64,000 nucleotides of DNA from Rhina ancylostomus (lineage: Eukaryota): assembly GCA_030265395.1 (NCBI GenBank), contig JARFYF010000071.1, forward strand, positions 5,250,689 to 5,314,688, written 5' to 3'. Positions 50,087-62,458 of this stretch are shown one piece after another (within the stretch, counting starts at the first letter, position 1; each line of letters opens with the position of its first letter). Made by a program: the position numbers and the translations under genes. Below the pieces are notes generated by a model, which did no database searches, was not told the origin of the DNA, and saw only the letters and a list, made by a program, of their open reading frames with translations.

Positions 50087-50515
50087 ACAGGAGGGAGCAC
50101 CGCATCGTGGGAGGGGCGGTGAGGAGGGAGTAACGTGCTGTGGGAGGGAGCACCGCATCGTGGGAGGGGCAGCAAGGAGAGAGTAACGTGCTGTGGGAGG
50201 GAGCACCACATCGTGGGAGGGGCAGCGAGGAGGGAGTAACGTGCTGTGGGAGGGAGCACCGCATCGTGGGAGGGGCGGTGAGGAGGGAGTAACGTGCTGT
50301 GGGAGGGAGCACCGCATNNNNNNNNNNNNNNNNNNNNNNNNNNNNNNNNNNNNNNNNNNNNNNNNNNNNNNNNNNNNNNNNNNNNNNNNNNNNNNNNNNN
50401 NNNNNNNNNNNNNNNNNAAGGAGAGAGGGCTGCGCTGCGTGAGGGGTGGCGAGGAAGGGGTAACGTGTTGCAGGAGGGAGCACAGTGCTGCAGGAGGGGC
50501 AGTGAGGAGGGAGCG
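50087..50515 (+). repeat. G-rich 53-bp minisatellite
   Basis: gagggagcac recurs at 50091, 50144 and 50197; spans an N gap. Confidence 0.92.
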
Positions 50516-51699
50516 CCACTCTGTCTTACGAATCACCTCTGGAGCAATATGTCAAACCAAAGCCCACACATCTTTCTGCTGATAAAAATGTACTCACATA
50601 AATTTACACAGCCCCCTTAACGTGATAAAGATCCCAAGGTGCTTCAGGGCAGTGTTATCCAACAAAAAAACAATCCAATGGCCAAGATTTCTCCTTCTGA
50701 AAACTGGTTGACCACCTCGTCCTGAGTCACAAAATGGCTCCTGGCTTGTTGACAGCCACTCACTGCCCGAGTCAAGGCCCAACAGCAGCTCAGAGGGGAC
50801 GCTCGGAGACAAGCAGCCCCCAACATTGTGAAGCCCAGCTCCTTTTGTGCTCCGGCAGCCAGTGCCGGCGACCAGGACGCTGGAGAGGCAGGAAGAGGCC
50901 GTTGGCAGCAGGCCCGGCCAGCGAACAATGCCGACAACTGCTGCGTGCTGTAGGCCGCAGGCCGACCAACAGAGGACATCCTGCTATTTGTCTCTCAGAG
51001 CAGCACGCCTCCCCTCTCCCTCTCCCTCCACCCGGGGAAACAAACCAGTTGGAAGTACAATGCCCTTGATGACTTCCTCACTCACACTGGGCTGGCTCCA
51101 TTCGAGACCGAATTTGGAGTCAAGGCCTAGCACAGCTGTGTTGCCATGGCGACACTCATCTAAACACCCCCCCCCCCCCAGACACTCCAAACTAGACCTG
51201 AAACAAGGTAAAGGCCAAGCCCAGCCAGGCTGCCAGTGACCAGCCTCACACACCCACGAGCGGGCACCGGGGTGGGGGGATTTGGAAGCCCTGCCAGCCC
51301 AGTTAGTGAACACACTACCTGGCCTGTCCTGAGCCAGGGGACACTCCAGCCCTGCTGGCCCCTGTTGCACACAGTCCAGCCCCGCACCCTCCTGGTCTCC
51401 ACGTAAAAATCAGGGCTAGGCCGGGAAGGTCAGGGGCACCAGTTGGAGGAAAGAAGCTTCACCCCAGCTCTCACAGCCACTGAGGTACAGTTGAAATGTG
51501 GTCATCGGTGTAAAGGAGGAACGTGGCACAGCAAGCTCCCACAACGGCCAGGCAAGGTCATGCAACAGTCCACCTTTCAAGCGTGCAATACTTGCTCAGT
51601 CAGATCTGAACCTTGCACGTGGGGAATGACTGAGGCTTGCTCGGGAGGGAAACACAATCACTAGAGCCTGTTCCAGTATACTACTTGAGTGGACTAGTA

Positions 51700-52210
51700 T
51701 ACAGAGAACAGTACAGCACAGGAACAGGCCCTTTGGCCCACTAATTAAACTAATGATACGTCATCCCTTCTGCCTGCACGTGGTCCTCTATTCTCTGCAC
51801 ATTCACATGCCTACGTAGGAGTCTCTTAAACGTCACTGTCGTGTCTGGCTCCACTGCCACCCCTGGCAGGACATTCCAGGCACCCACCACTGTGTAAAAA
51901 AAACATTGCCCCACACATCTCATTTGAACCTGTCCCCTCTCACCTTAAATGCATGCCTCTAGTATTAGATATTTCAACCCTGGGAGAAAGATATTGGCTG
52001 ACTACTCTGTCTATGCCTCCCATAATTTTATGAAGTTCTATCAGGTCTCCCCTCAGTCTCTGCCACTCCAGAGAAAACAACCCTAGTTTGTCCAACCTCT
52101 TATGGGTCATACCCTCTAATCCATGCAGCATCCTGGTAAACCTTGTCTGCACCCTCTCCACAGCCTTATAATGCGGCGACCAGAATCGAATGCAATACTC
52201 CAGATACATC
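51700..52210 (-). mobile_element. CR1-clade LINE 3' fragment
   Basis: LEYCIRFWSPHY..ERVQTRFTRML..LGLFSLEWQRLRGDLIE. Confidence 0.88.
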
Positions 52211-52444
52211 CTCAGACAATACCTGGGACAAATACTGGCCACATGATACCAGGGAGAACGTTCTCCTCTTCTCCCAGACAACACAACGTGATCTGTTTCC
52301 CAAAAGACCAAACAAGGACTCTGCTCAGCATCTTGAGCAGCGACAGGCTAGATATTTGTATGAGTCTCCACAGGGGAACTCAAAGCCACTGCTTTCTGAC
52401 ACAGAGGAAAGAGAGAGAAAGAAAATGAGGAGGAGTCACAGAGA

Positions 52445-53750
52445 GAGTGATACAGCACAGAAACAGGCCCTTTGGCCCAACTCATTCCTGCCAACCAAAA
52501 TACCCATCTAACTAGTCCCAGTCGCCTGTGTTTGGCCCCTATCCCTCTAAACTTTTCCTATCCATGTACCTGTCCTAATGTCTTTTAAATGTTGTTATTG
52601 TACCTCCTCAACCATTTCCTCTGGCAGCTTAGTCCATATACTCACCACCCTGTGGGTGAAGTTGTGCCCCAGGACCCTTTTAAATCTTTCCACTCTTACT
52701 TTAAACCCATGCCTCCTAATTTTTAATTCCCTTTCCCTGAGAAAAAGACTGTGTGTTCACCCTATCTATGCCCCTCATGATTTTATACATCTCCATAAAA
52801 TCAGGCCTCAATCTCCTACACTCCAAGGAATAAAGTCCTAGCCTGCCCAACCTCTCCCTATAACTCAGGCCCTCAAGTCTGGCAACATTCTCGTAAATCA
52901 TCTTTGCACTCTTAATGATGTCTTTCCTGTAACAGAGTGACCAAAACTGAACACAATACTCCAGGTGCAGCCTCAATAACATCTTGCAACATAACGTCCC
53001 ATCTCCTATACTCAATGCCACTGGCATGCCAAATGCCTTCACCACCCTGTCTACCTGGAGCTCCACTTTCAGGGAACTGTATATTTGTAGTCCTGGGTCC
53101 CTCTGTTCTACAGCACTCCCCCCGTTTGACTTCCCAAAACACAACATCTCACACTTACCTGGATTGAATTTCATTTGCCATTCCTCAGCCCACTTACCCA
53201 GCTGATCAAAATCCCTGTGATTTTTGACAGCCTTCATCACTGTCAATGATAACACCTGTTTTAGTGTCATCTGCAAACTTACATGGTTATGCCTTGTTCA
53301 ATCTCATCCAAATCATTTATATAAATGACAAACAATAATGGGCCCAGCACCAATCCCTATGGCATAGCACTAGGCACGGGCTTCCAGTCCAAAAAACACC
53401 CTTCCACCATCACCCTCCACTTCCTACTATCAAGCCAATTATGCATCCACTCAGCTAGCTCTCCCTGGATCCCATGAGATCTAACCTTCCAGTCTCATCT
53501 TCCATGCAGGACCTTGTCAAAAACAACATATGGACAACATCTACTAGCCTGTCCTTATCAATCTGCTTGGTTACCACTAAAAAAAACAGATTTGTCAGAC
53601 ACGACTTCCCACGCGTGCTGACTATCCCTAACCAGACCTTGTCTATACAACTGCTGGGAGATCCTGTCCCTCAGAATCTTCTCCAGTAACTTACCCACCA
53701 TCAATGAAAGGCTCACTGGTCTGTGGTTCCCTCACTTGTCTCTGCTGCCC
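52445..53750 (-). mobile_element. CR1-clade (HER1-like) LINE, RT and 3' end
   Basis: KWAEEWQMKFNPGKCEMLCFG, LEYCVQFWS and LGLYSLECRRLR; tail gggccaaagggcctgtttctgtgctgta. Confidence 0.9.
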
Positions 53751-55054
53751 TTAGGGGGGAGAAAGGGGGCAAGAGAGGCAGAGAGAGAGAAAAAGTGGGG
53801 GGAACGGGTTGGGGGAGGAAAGAGGGAGAGGGAGGGAGGGACGGAGGGAAAGTGAGAGAGAGGAGAAAGCAAGAACAAGGGAGAGTGAGATGGAGGGTCA
53901 CCCTGCAACCTTCACCACAGAAGAGATTTGTAAGACCCAGATCATGATTAAAGGGTTCAACAGAGAAGAGATATTTCTGTATGTAGGAAAGATTAAGATC
54001 AGAGTGATCAGTATAAGACGATCACTATGAGTCCAATTGGGAATTCATAAGAAATACCTTTGTCCAAAGAGCGTGGAGTGTAGAACTCATTCCCTGGGCA
54101 GGCACAGCAAGGTTTAGACCAAATGAAGCTCCCACTATACTGTCAAAACACACTCCCAAGGTGGGAGCGGTTAGACAGAGCTAAGCTCCCTTTCCACTGC
54201 CGCATCATACACTTCCAGGGCAGGGACAGGAGGTTAGACAGAATAAAGCTTCCTCTACACTATCCTGTTGCACACTCCCAGGGCAGGGTCAGTGCAGTTT
54301 AGACACAGAGTAAAGCTCCCTCGACACTGTTCAGTCACACATTCCTGCAACAGGGTCAGAACAGGTTGGAATTGCTGCTGGTGAAGGGGCCATCACTAGG
54401 ATTCCCAGTTGACAGGAAATTGCAGGAAGAATGACTTGGAATTATGTTCCGTCAGCTACAGCCAACTTCCAGGCATCACAGGGGTCAGATATCCTCAGGA
54501 ACTGATGGCTACATTTCCCACTTGCTAAAGATAGACCCGTGGGCAGGACGGTGAGGAGTGGGGTGGGGTGGGGAGGGGAAGGGCAGCATCCTTTCCCTGA
54601 GACATGAGATTCCACCGACACGTGGGAATGCTGCTGCTCCTTGGGAAGGTCTGAAGGGAAGGGGGAACTACCAATTGTACAGGGGCTTCACACAGGGCAA
54701 CGCCACAGAGAGAGGCACATTCAGGAGTGGGAGAGAATGTGCACTTCCACCTGAGCACTCAGAATGGTTGGCAGGAATTCAACACACATCCCCCAGAGTG
54801 CAAGAACACACACACAAACAGGTGTACACTGCATACACACACACACTGGGGCAACCAAGCAGGTATTTCATTGAAGTAGTTCAGCAGCGACTCTGAGATT
54901 AGATTCACATCCTACTGCTTCTGGTGAGGGTCCAGAACTCTCTGAATTTGTGTCCTGCATCAAGCCACACATCTGCTCATCGCTGGTTCAGACCAAACAG
55001 GACTGGGCCAGCCAGGAAGGAGAACAGGGTTCAATGTGTATGTACCCCGCACCC

Positions 55055-55270
55055 CTCACCATGACACACAGATACAGGCCAGACCCTGACACATTCGGGG
55101 ACAGCCAACACTGTGACACTCTGTCACACCCGTCACCGTGACACTGACACACCCTGCACCCCTCACTGTGACACTCGGACACAGCCCTCACCGTGACACT
55201 CCGGCACACCCCGTGCCCTTCACTGTGACACTCTGATACAACCTACACTCTTCGCTGTAACACTCTGATA
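55055..55270 (+). repeat. Degenerate CA-rich repeat (cac[c/t]gtgacact...)
   Basis: Recurrent cactgtgacactc/caccgtgacact motif. Confidence 0.7.
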
Positions 55271-55420
55271 GACATAATTTCTAATTTATCATCCCAGAGT
55301 GCACGAGTTGTGGTCCTGTGGCAGGGTGAGGAGATGCGGTGTTCAGGGTGTCTGAGATCCAACTTTGATCTCATTCTGTGTTTCCTCTATCACACTTTTC
55401 AATACCATCCAACACTGCAA

Positions 55421-55605
55421 TGATCAGGAGCAGGGACCCTGGCTGATCTCCCCCTCCCTCTCTAACCCCAGGGACACTGGACGGTGATCAGGAGCAGGGA
55501 CCCTGGCTGATCTCCCCCTCCCTCTCTAACCCCAGGGACCCTGGACCGTGATCAGGAGCTGGGACCCTGGCTGATCTCCCCCTCTCTCTCTAAACCCAGG
55601 GATCC
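55421..55605 (+). repeat. 64-bp tandem repeat, ~3 copies
   Basis: tgatcaggag recurs at 55421, 55485 and 55549. Confidence 0.92.
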
Positions 55606-56064
55606 TGTGCCCACTGGTGATCATCACCCAACAGCCAGGACTCCTGTCCTGCGCACGCTAGATTGCAGTCAAATCCCATCCAGACCGACAGTTCTTACGT
55701 GGTACTGAGGGGCTGCTGCCTCGTCAGTGGTCCTGTCTTTCAGATGAGGAGCCAGTGTGAGCATGCCTACCTCCCCAGTGGGAGAGTTCTCCCCAGGGGC
55801 TGACCATTCCCCCTCAGTCCGCATTGCGGAGGCAGCTCACTATCACAGGACTGACTGTGGGAGCTTGCTGTGCAAGCACAGGCTGTGACGTGGTTGGAAC
55901 ATTCCCAAGGGAGTGGAAAGGCCTTGGAGAAATTTTTTCTTCTATAACTTATGTAGGTAAAGGTGACAATTCACGGGGAGATTACCACGTAGGAGAAAAC
56001 ATTGGAAAAAGGGGGGAAAACGGACAGCAACTGAGGCTGTTTCAAGATTTTAATGCATCTTTGA

Positions 56065-56716
56065 CGATTGGAGCAACAAACAAGAGGCTGGGGGAGCTCA
56101 GCAGGTTGGGCAGCATCTGTGGAGGGAAGGGGACAGTTGACCTTTCATCTTGAGACCCTCCATCCGAGGGGAGATGACCCATGTCAAAGGAAGCAATGGG
56201 CAGGGCTGCTGCAAGGTGAGGAGGGGTGATAGGCAGACGGAGGAGGGAAGAGTGGCAATGGTGGGAGGCAACAGATGGAGGAATCTGACAGAGCAATGGA
56301 ACCGAGTGAGGGAGGGCGGATGGAACCGAGTGAGGGAGGGCGGATGGGACCGAGTGAGGGAGGGCGGATGGGACCGAGTGAGGGAGGGCGGATGGGACCG
56401 AGTGAGGGAGGGCGGATGGGACCGANNNNNNNNNNNNNNNNNNNNNNNNNNNNNNNNNNNNNNNNNNNNNNNNNNNNNNNNNNNNNNNNNNNNNNNNNNN
56501 NNNNNNNNNNNNNNNNNNNNNNNNNCAGATGGAATAGCTTGAGGGAGGGGAAAGAAACAGGGTGATGGGGGTCTGGATGGGGTGTAGAGGGAACTGGGTA
56601 GATCAGAAGGAGAGAACGGGGTCAGAGGGGGAGCAGGTTACCTGAAACTGGAGAATTCAATGTTCCTGCCTTAGGGTTGTACCTAACCAGGGAGAATACG
56701 AGGTGCTGTTCCTCTC
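56065..56716 (-). mobile_element. Penelope-like element 3' fragment (GIY-YIG tail, 3' UTR, LTR)
   Basis: Reverse complement of 56640-56715 resembles the EEQHL...NIEFS end seen at 18020-18100, followed by the gatgctgcc..ctgctgag LTR motif. Confidence 0.7.
56297..56425 (+). repeat. 24-bp tandem repeat (tgggaccgagtgagggagggcgga) inside a Penelope 3' UTR
   Basis: At least 5 visible units before the N gap. Confidence 0.92.
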
Positions 56717-57309
56717 ATTGATAACTTCCCTGTGTCGTCCTTCAAACAGACCAGCCACAGAGCTACGAGGAGTCGGGAAAAGGTGACCGATAGCTCAGTC
56801 AGACAGATTTGCTTAACGTGCATTTTAAAGGAGAGCGAGGCGTAGGGAGAGAATTCCGGAGCTTGGGATCACAGTGTGCAAAGGGGCAGACGCCAGTGGT
56901 GGATGGAAATCAGGGGATTGGCAGTGGAGGAAGATGGTGATCCAGGAGAGGTCTCAGAGGTGGGGACGGAGTCTGGGAATGGCTGCTGGCAGGTCACAGA
57001 GACCACAGGGGAAGAGAGGCTTCCTCTTTCAATGTTCTGCNNNNNNNNNNNNNATGCTTTTATTTAACCACTTCCTTTCTACGTCAGGCACTGAGAGAGC
57101 TCCTTCCTCCCACACACCTGCCAAGGTCCTGCTCAACCCCAGTGTATGTCAACTCGTGACACAGAGCTCAGTAATCTGTTCACTCCGCTCCTTCCGGGAA
57201 CTGTAACATCGACAGGTTGTGGGCAGGAGAAACCGTTGGGATGTTACAGAACAAGAAAAAGGAATACTTCATTCTTTCATGCCCATTTACATTTGGGGGA
57301 AAATGGGCA

Positions 57310-58550
57310 TCTGCATGGCCAGGTTCTGTTCTAACTCCACCTACAAGTTTGCAGATGATCCCACCGTAGTGGGCCGTATCTCAGATAACGATGAGTCTGA
57401 GTACAGGAAGGAGACAAGAGCTTAGTGACATGATGTCATGACAACAACCTTTCCCCCAGTGTCAGCAGAACAAAAGAGTTGGTCATTGACTTCAGGAAGG
57501 GGGCGGTGCACATGCTCCTGTCTACATCGACAGTGCTGAGATCAAGAGGGTTGAGAGCTTCAAGTTCTTTGGAGTGAACAGCACCAACAGCCTGTCCTGG
57601 TCCAACCACATAGACACCATGGCCAAGAAAGCTCAACAGTGCCTCTGCTTCCTCAAGAGGCTAAAGAAATTTGACATGTCCCCTTTGACACACACCAACT
57701 TTTATTGATGTACCATAAAAAGCATCTATCCAGATGCATCACCGCTTGGTACGGCAACTGCTCTGCCCAGGAGAAGGAAACGCAAGAAAATGCAGAGGAT
57801 CTTGGACACAGCTCAAACATCACGGAAACCAGCCTCCCCTCCATCAATCCGGTCTATCCTTCTCGCTGCCTCAGTAAAACAGCCAGCATTATCAAAGACC
57901 CCACCTACCCCGGACATTCTTTCTTCTCCCCTCTCCCATTGGGTAGAAGATACGAATGCCTGAAAGCATGTACCGCCAGGTTCAAGGACAGCTTCTATCC
58001 TGCTGTTATGACTATTGAACAGTTCCCTCATANNNNNNNNNNNNNNNNNNNNNNNNNNNNNNNNNNNNNNNNNNNNNNNNNNNNNNNNNNNNNNNNNNNN
58101 NNNNNNNNNNNNNNNNNNNNNNNNNNNNNNNNNNNNNNNNNNNNNNNNNNNNNNNNNNNNNNNNNNNNNNNNNNNNNNNNNNNNNNNNNNNNNNNNNNNN
58201 NNNNNNNNNNNNNNNNNNNNNNNNNNNNNNNNNNNNNNNNNNNNNNNNNNNNNNNNNNNNNNNNNNNNNNNNNNNNNNNNNNNNNNNNNNNNNNNNNNNN
58301 NNNNNNNNNNNNNNNNNNNNNNNNNNNNNNNNNNNNNNNNNNNNNNNNNNNNNNNNNNNNNNNNNNNNNNNNNNNNNNNNNNNNNNNNNACTGCACTCTC
58401 TGTAGCTCTGACACTTTGCTCTGTATTCTGTATTGTACCTTGTACTACCTCAACACACTGTGTAATGAATTGACCTGTACGATCGGTATGCAAGACAAGT
58501 TTTTCACTGGACCTTGGTACAAGTGATAATAATAAACCAATGCCAGTACA
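57310..58550 (+). mobile_element. Rex1/Babar-type LINE 3' portion
   Basis: YKFADDPTVVGRISDNDESEYR, CITAWYGNCS and RFKDSFYPAV; tail aataataaaccaat. Confidence 0.85.
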
Positions 58551-59364
58551 TGCTCTACAATTCCCAACTGCTTTAGTCACCAATATCAGGACATGAGGCC
58601 AGACAACGTAGAGGAAGTGTGACAGGTCTCTAGCACTGAGGTAGTGAGACTGTGTGGAGCACCATTGTACTGCCCTTTATCCAAGCCCAGATTGAAATAG
58701 TTCCCCTTACTGTCCAGGTCACAGTCCAGTCCCTGTGGTACCCACCAGTCCTGGAAGGCCTCCTGTGAGCGAGGGACACCCAGACACGGACTTATCCTTG
58801 GAAGGTGGCAGGAAGTCGGCTTGGGAAGGAACCAGCGACCGCTCACTGCCTGGACCTGTGAACGGCCACCTTGGCCAGGCCCAGAAGCAGACAGACGAGC
58901 AGGGATCCCCACTGACTCCCTCCCCCTCCACACCAGGTGCTCAAAGATCAGGAGTGTGAGGCTGAAATGCAGCCAGAACTTGAGGGGCAGCCCTATGAAT
59001 ATACAAAAAGGGCCTGCAACGTTTCACGCTCCTCATACACATGGAACATGGACTCCTCCAGGCAGAGAAAAGGCAGGATGCCTGGGAGTCCATGAACCAA
59101 TTCCATGTACCTCTTACGTGGCACCATTCTGTGCAGCACTCTCTCCCCAGGTCCCAGTGTAAAGGGGGCGGACTACTGTGCAGAGAGATCTTCACTGGTT
59201 ACCCTCCCCGCCCCACCATGACTTGTCTGGATGTGGAGAGTGTGCAAGTGGAGCCCCGAGAGGAAATGCCTGATCGTGGTGTGGAAGAGCACAGAAGGCT
59301 CGGGTTGTGGGGAACCACCTCACGAAGATGGCTTCAGGGCCTGGGTCCAATGAGCAACTCCCGC

Positions 59365-59568
59365 CGGTGTAGAGGGAGTTTCACTCTGTGTTTGACCCAG
59401 GAGTGTGTGATGGGACGGTGCAGAGGGAGCTTCACCCTGTGTCTGACCCCGGGAGTGTGTGATGGGACGGTGCAGAGGGAGCTTCACCCTGTGCCTGACC
59501 CCAGGAGTGTGTGACGGGACGGTGCGGAGGGAGCTTCACCCTGTGTCTGACCCCGGGAGTGTGTGATG
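59365..59568 (-). repeat. Same 52-bp tandem repeat in reverse orientation (~4 units); degenerate units at 1-80, 34050-34190 and 54100-54360
   Basis: ggagtgtgtgatgggacggtgcagagggagcttcaccctgtgtctgacccc is the reverse complement of the 33.5-kb unit. Confidence 0.9.
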
Positions 59569-62314
59569 TTTCCTGTGTTGGAATGTACGTGGTACAGTTA
59601 GGTTCAGTGTTTAGTCAGTGTTGAATCATCTCTGGGCACCAATCTCATTTTGAAGCTTTGTCATGTATGAAATATTCTGGGTTTTTGAGGGGAATTTGAA
59701 AGCTGGGCCAGGTTCCGTGAATAAGGTGTGTTGTGCTTCTCCCTGCAGCCCTTCCAGCCCCGGTGGTGTTTTGGGGTTCAGGAGCAGAGCCCCGTTCCAC
59801 CAGACCCCAGCCACCCAGCTGTGTACGAGGAGGAAGCTGAGGAGAAGGTTCGGCACTGGGAGTTGGCAGCAGAGCCGATTGGGTATGGAAGAGTTCTGTG
59901 GGAAGTGGGTCATCGGCCTGAGGAGTGACCGGCACTTCAGGACACCACAGCCATTGGTTTTCAGTTATTGATTGTACTTGTTGATCTGTTCATTCATTGA
60001 CCGTCTACTTCAGCGGTGTGTGACTGGTGTTGGGGAGTTGCTCACTCTGTACAAGGTTCTGCGTTGACCCTTTGCCCACCTGGTCCTGTTGTTGGGGTAA
60101 GCAGGCAGGTCTCTGCTGCTGCTCGCTGCCCGGCTAGGCCTCCACTCGAGGTCATGGGGAGAACACCAGGAGACTGAGGGAGAGGGTGTGTTCCCGTCAG
60201 CCCAGAGGTGACCGCGTTCTCTGCAGGTCTGCCTGTCTCCAGGAGAGGTCAGTGGGTGGGGTGAGCAGTCTGCACCCAACCCAGCATGTCCCAGTGTAAC
60301 GTCGCATCACCAACCCTCCTCATCTTGCACCTGAGGTGGTGGGGGTCCAGAACTTGCCCCCATGTGGTGCCCCCTCCCCTGACTCTGTGCTGGGGGTCTG
60401 AGCTCCCATGAGCCTTCAGTGCTCCCGTTGATTGAACGACTTCTTTGGCCAGCATTGGTTCGGTGAGAGGTCGTGGTATCCAGGACTCCTGTTCACGTGC
60501 GCCTGTCCCCAGTCCCCTCCAGCCTGTTGGCTTCAAGTGTGATGAAGGTTGACACAGAATCTTTGGACCCAGGAGGGTCAGGGGGTCCTGACACCGGCCC
60601 AGCCCCAACTTCAGCATCCAGTCCTCACCCACATACCCCCTGCCCCCAGTGCAGGCTTGCCTGTGTTCCCACTGAGTCCATCCCACCGGGCACCACTGCA
60701 CCCCTCCCCGCCCCCCACCCCCACCTCTCCCCNNNNNNNNNNNNNNNNNNNNNNNNNNNNNNNNNNNNNNNNNNNNNNNNNNNNNNNNNNNNNNNNNNNN
60801 NNNNNNNNNNNNNNNNNNNNNNNNNNNNNNNNNNNNNNNNNNNNNNNNNNNNNNNNNNNNNNNNNNNNNNNNNNNNNNNNNNNNNNNNNNNNNNNNNNNN
60901 NNNNNNNNNNNNNNNNNNNNNNNNNNNNNNNNNNNNNNNNNNNNNNNNNNNNNNNNNNNNNNNNNNNNNNNNNNNNNNNNNNNNNNNNNNNNNNNNNNNN
61001 NNNNNNNNNNNNNNNNNNNNNNNNNNNNNNNNNNNNNNNNNNNNNNNNNNNNNNNNNNNNNNNNNNNNNNNNNNNNNNNNNNNNNNNNNNNNNNNNNNNN
61101 NNNNNNNNNNNNNNNNNNNNNNNNNNNNNNNNNNNNNNNNNNNNNNNNNNNNNNNNNNNNNNNNNNNNNNNNNNNNNNNNNNNNNNNNNNNNNNNNNNNN
61201 NNNNNNNNNNNNNNNNNNNNNNNNNNNNNNNNNNNNNNNNNNNNNNNNNNNNNNNNNNNNNNNNNNNNNNNNNNNNNNNNNNNNNNNNNNNNNNNNNNNN
61301 NNNNNNNNNNNNNNNNNNNNNNNNNNNNNNNNNNNNNNNNNNNNNNNNNNNNNNNNNNNNNNNNNNNNNNNNNNNNNNNNNNNNNNNNNNNNNNNNNNNN
61401 NNNNNNNNNNNNNNNNNNNNNNNNNNNNNNNNNNNNNNNNNNNNNNNNNNNNNNNNNNNNNNNNNNNNNNNNNNNNNNNNNNNNNNNNNNNNNNNNNNNN
61501 NNNNNNNNNNNNNNNNNNNNNNNNNNNNNNNNNNNNNNNNNNNNNNNNNNNNNNNNNNNNNNNNNNNNNNNNNNNNNNNNNNNNNNNNNNNNNNNNNNNN
61601 NNNNNNNNNNNNNNNNNNNNNNNNNNNNNNNNNNNNNNNNNNNNNNNNNNNNNNNNNNNNNNNNNNNNNNNNNNNNNNNNNNNNCAAACTAAGGCTCCCC
61701 CTCCCCCCCACCCCCGGAGCACCCTGGGTCTAAGACAACCACTATACTGGTACATGGTTGGCAGAGTGGGCAATTCTACATGTGCACTGTAAGCTCAAAC
61801 TCTCTCAGGTTTATTTGTGAATATTTGTGTTATTTGTGAATTATATCATCATGACATTTATGTGACAGCTCAGTTGACAAACCCCAGCTAGCTGCTGTCG
61901 GGAGGGTGTCCTCGCCACACCCTCCTGCCTGAAGGACAGCTGTCAGGCTCAAGAACAAATTACCAAGCACTACAATAACATCAATGATTAAAAAATGGAA
62001 AATTATTGAGGTCTGTTACTTTATACAATATTTCAAAATGAGAAAAACTTTCATATGCGTGAGGTTCGGTATTTATCTCGGCTGGCCATTGGAACAATTT
62101 CAATTGAAGAGAAAGTTTTTTGATGAGTTTCTTGCTCTCAGGGAGACAGACATTACCTTCCTACCTGTGGTCCAGCACCTTCTTTCCTGAGGGAGTTTGA
62201 GCCTACAGTGCACATGTAGAATTGCCCACTCTGCCAACAATGTACCAGAATATTGGTTGTCTTAGAACCAGGGTGCCTCTCAGCTCATAATCTTTACCAC
62301 TGATATTAATGTGT

Positions 62315-62458
62315 GAATTCAAGAGACAGCAGATGCTGGATTCTGGAGCAAAAAATTATCTGCTGGAGGGACTCAGCTGATGGAGGGTTTCAATCCGAAA
62401 CATCGACAATTCCTTTTCACCCTACAGATGTTGCTTGACCCACTGATTTCCTCCAGAA
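62315..62458. mobile_element. Palindromic Penelope-LTR-derived short element with 13-bp TSD
   Basis: Inverted arms (ctgctggagggactcag / ctgatttcctccagaag); GATATTAATGTGT directly repeated at 62302-62314 and 62459-62471. Confidence 0.75.

Noticed and set aside
50087-56425. Regularly spaced repeats as a possible CRISPR array
   Set aside because: Units are contiguous tandem copies without unique spacers, there are no cas genes, and the context is a vertebrate genome.
56150-56565. Repeat-protein ORFs (WDRVREGG)n
   Set aside because: These are translations of a 24-bp minisatellite inside a Penelope 3' UTR.
60473-61792. Long ORFs of 250-440 aa (also at 17123-18187 and 57705-58583)
   Set aside because: Their length comes from N runs translated as X; the real portions are retroelement remnants or non-coding.
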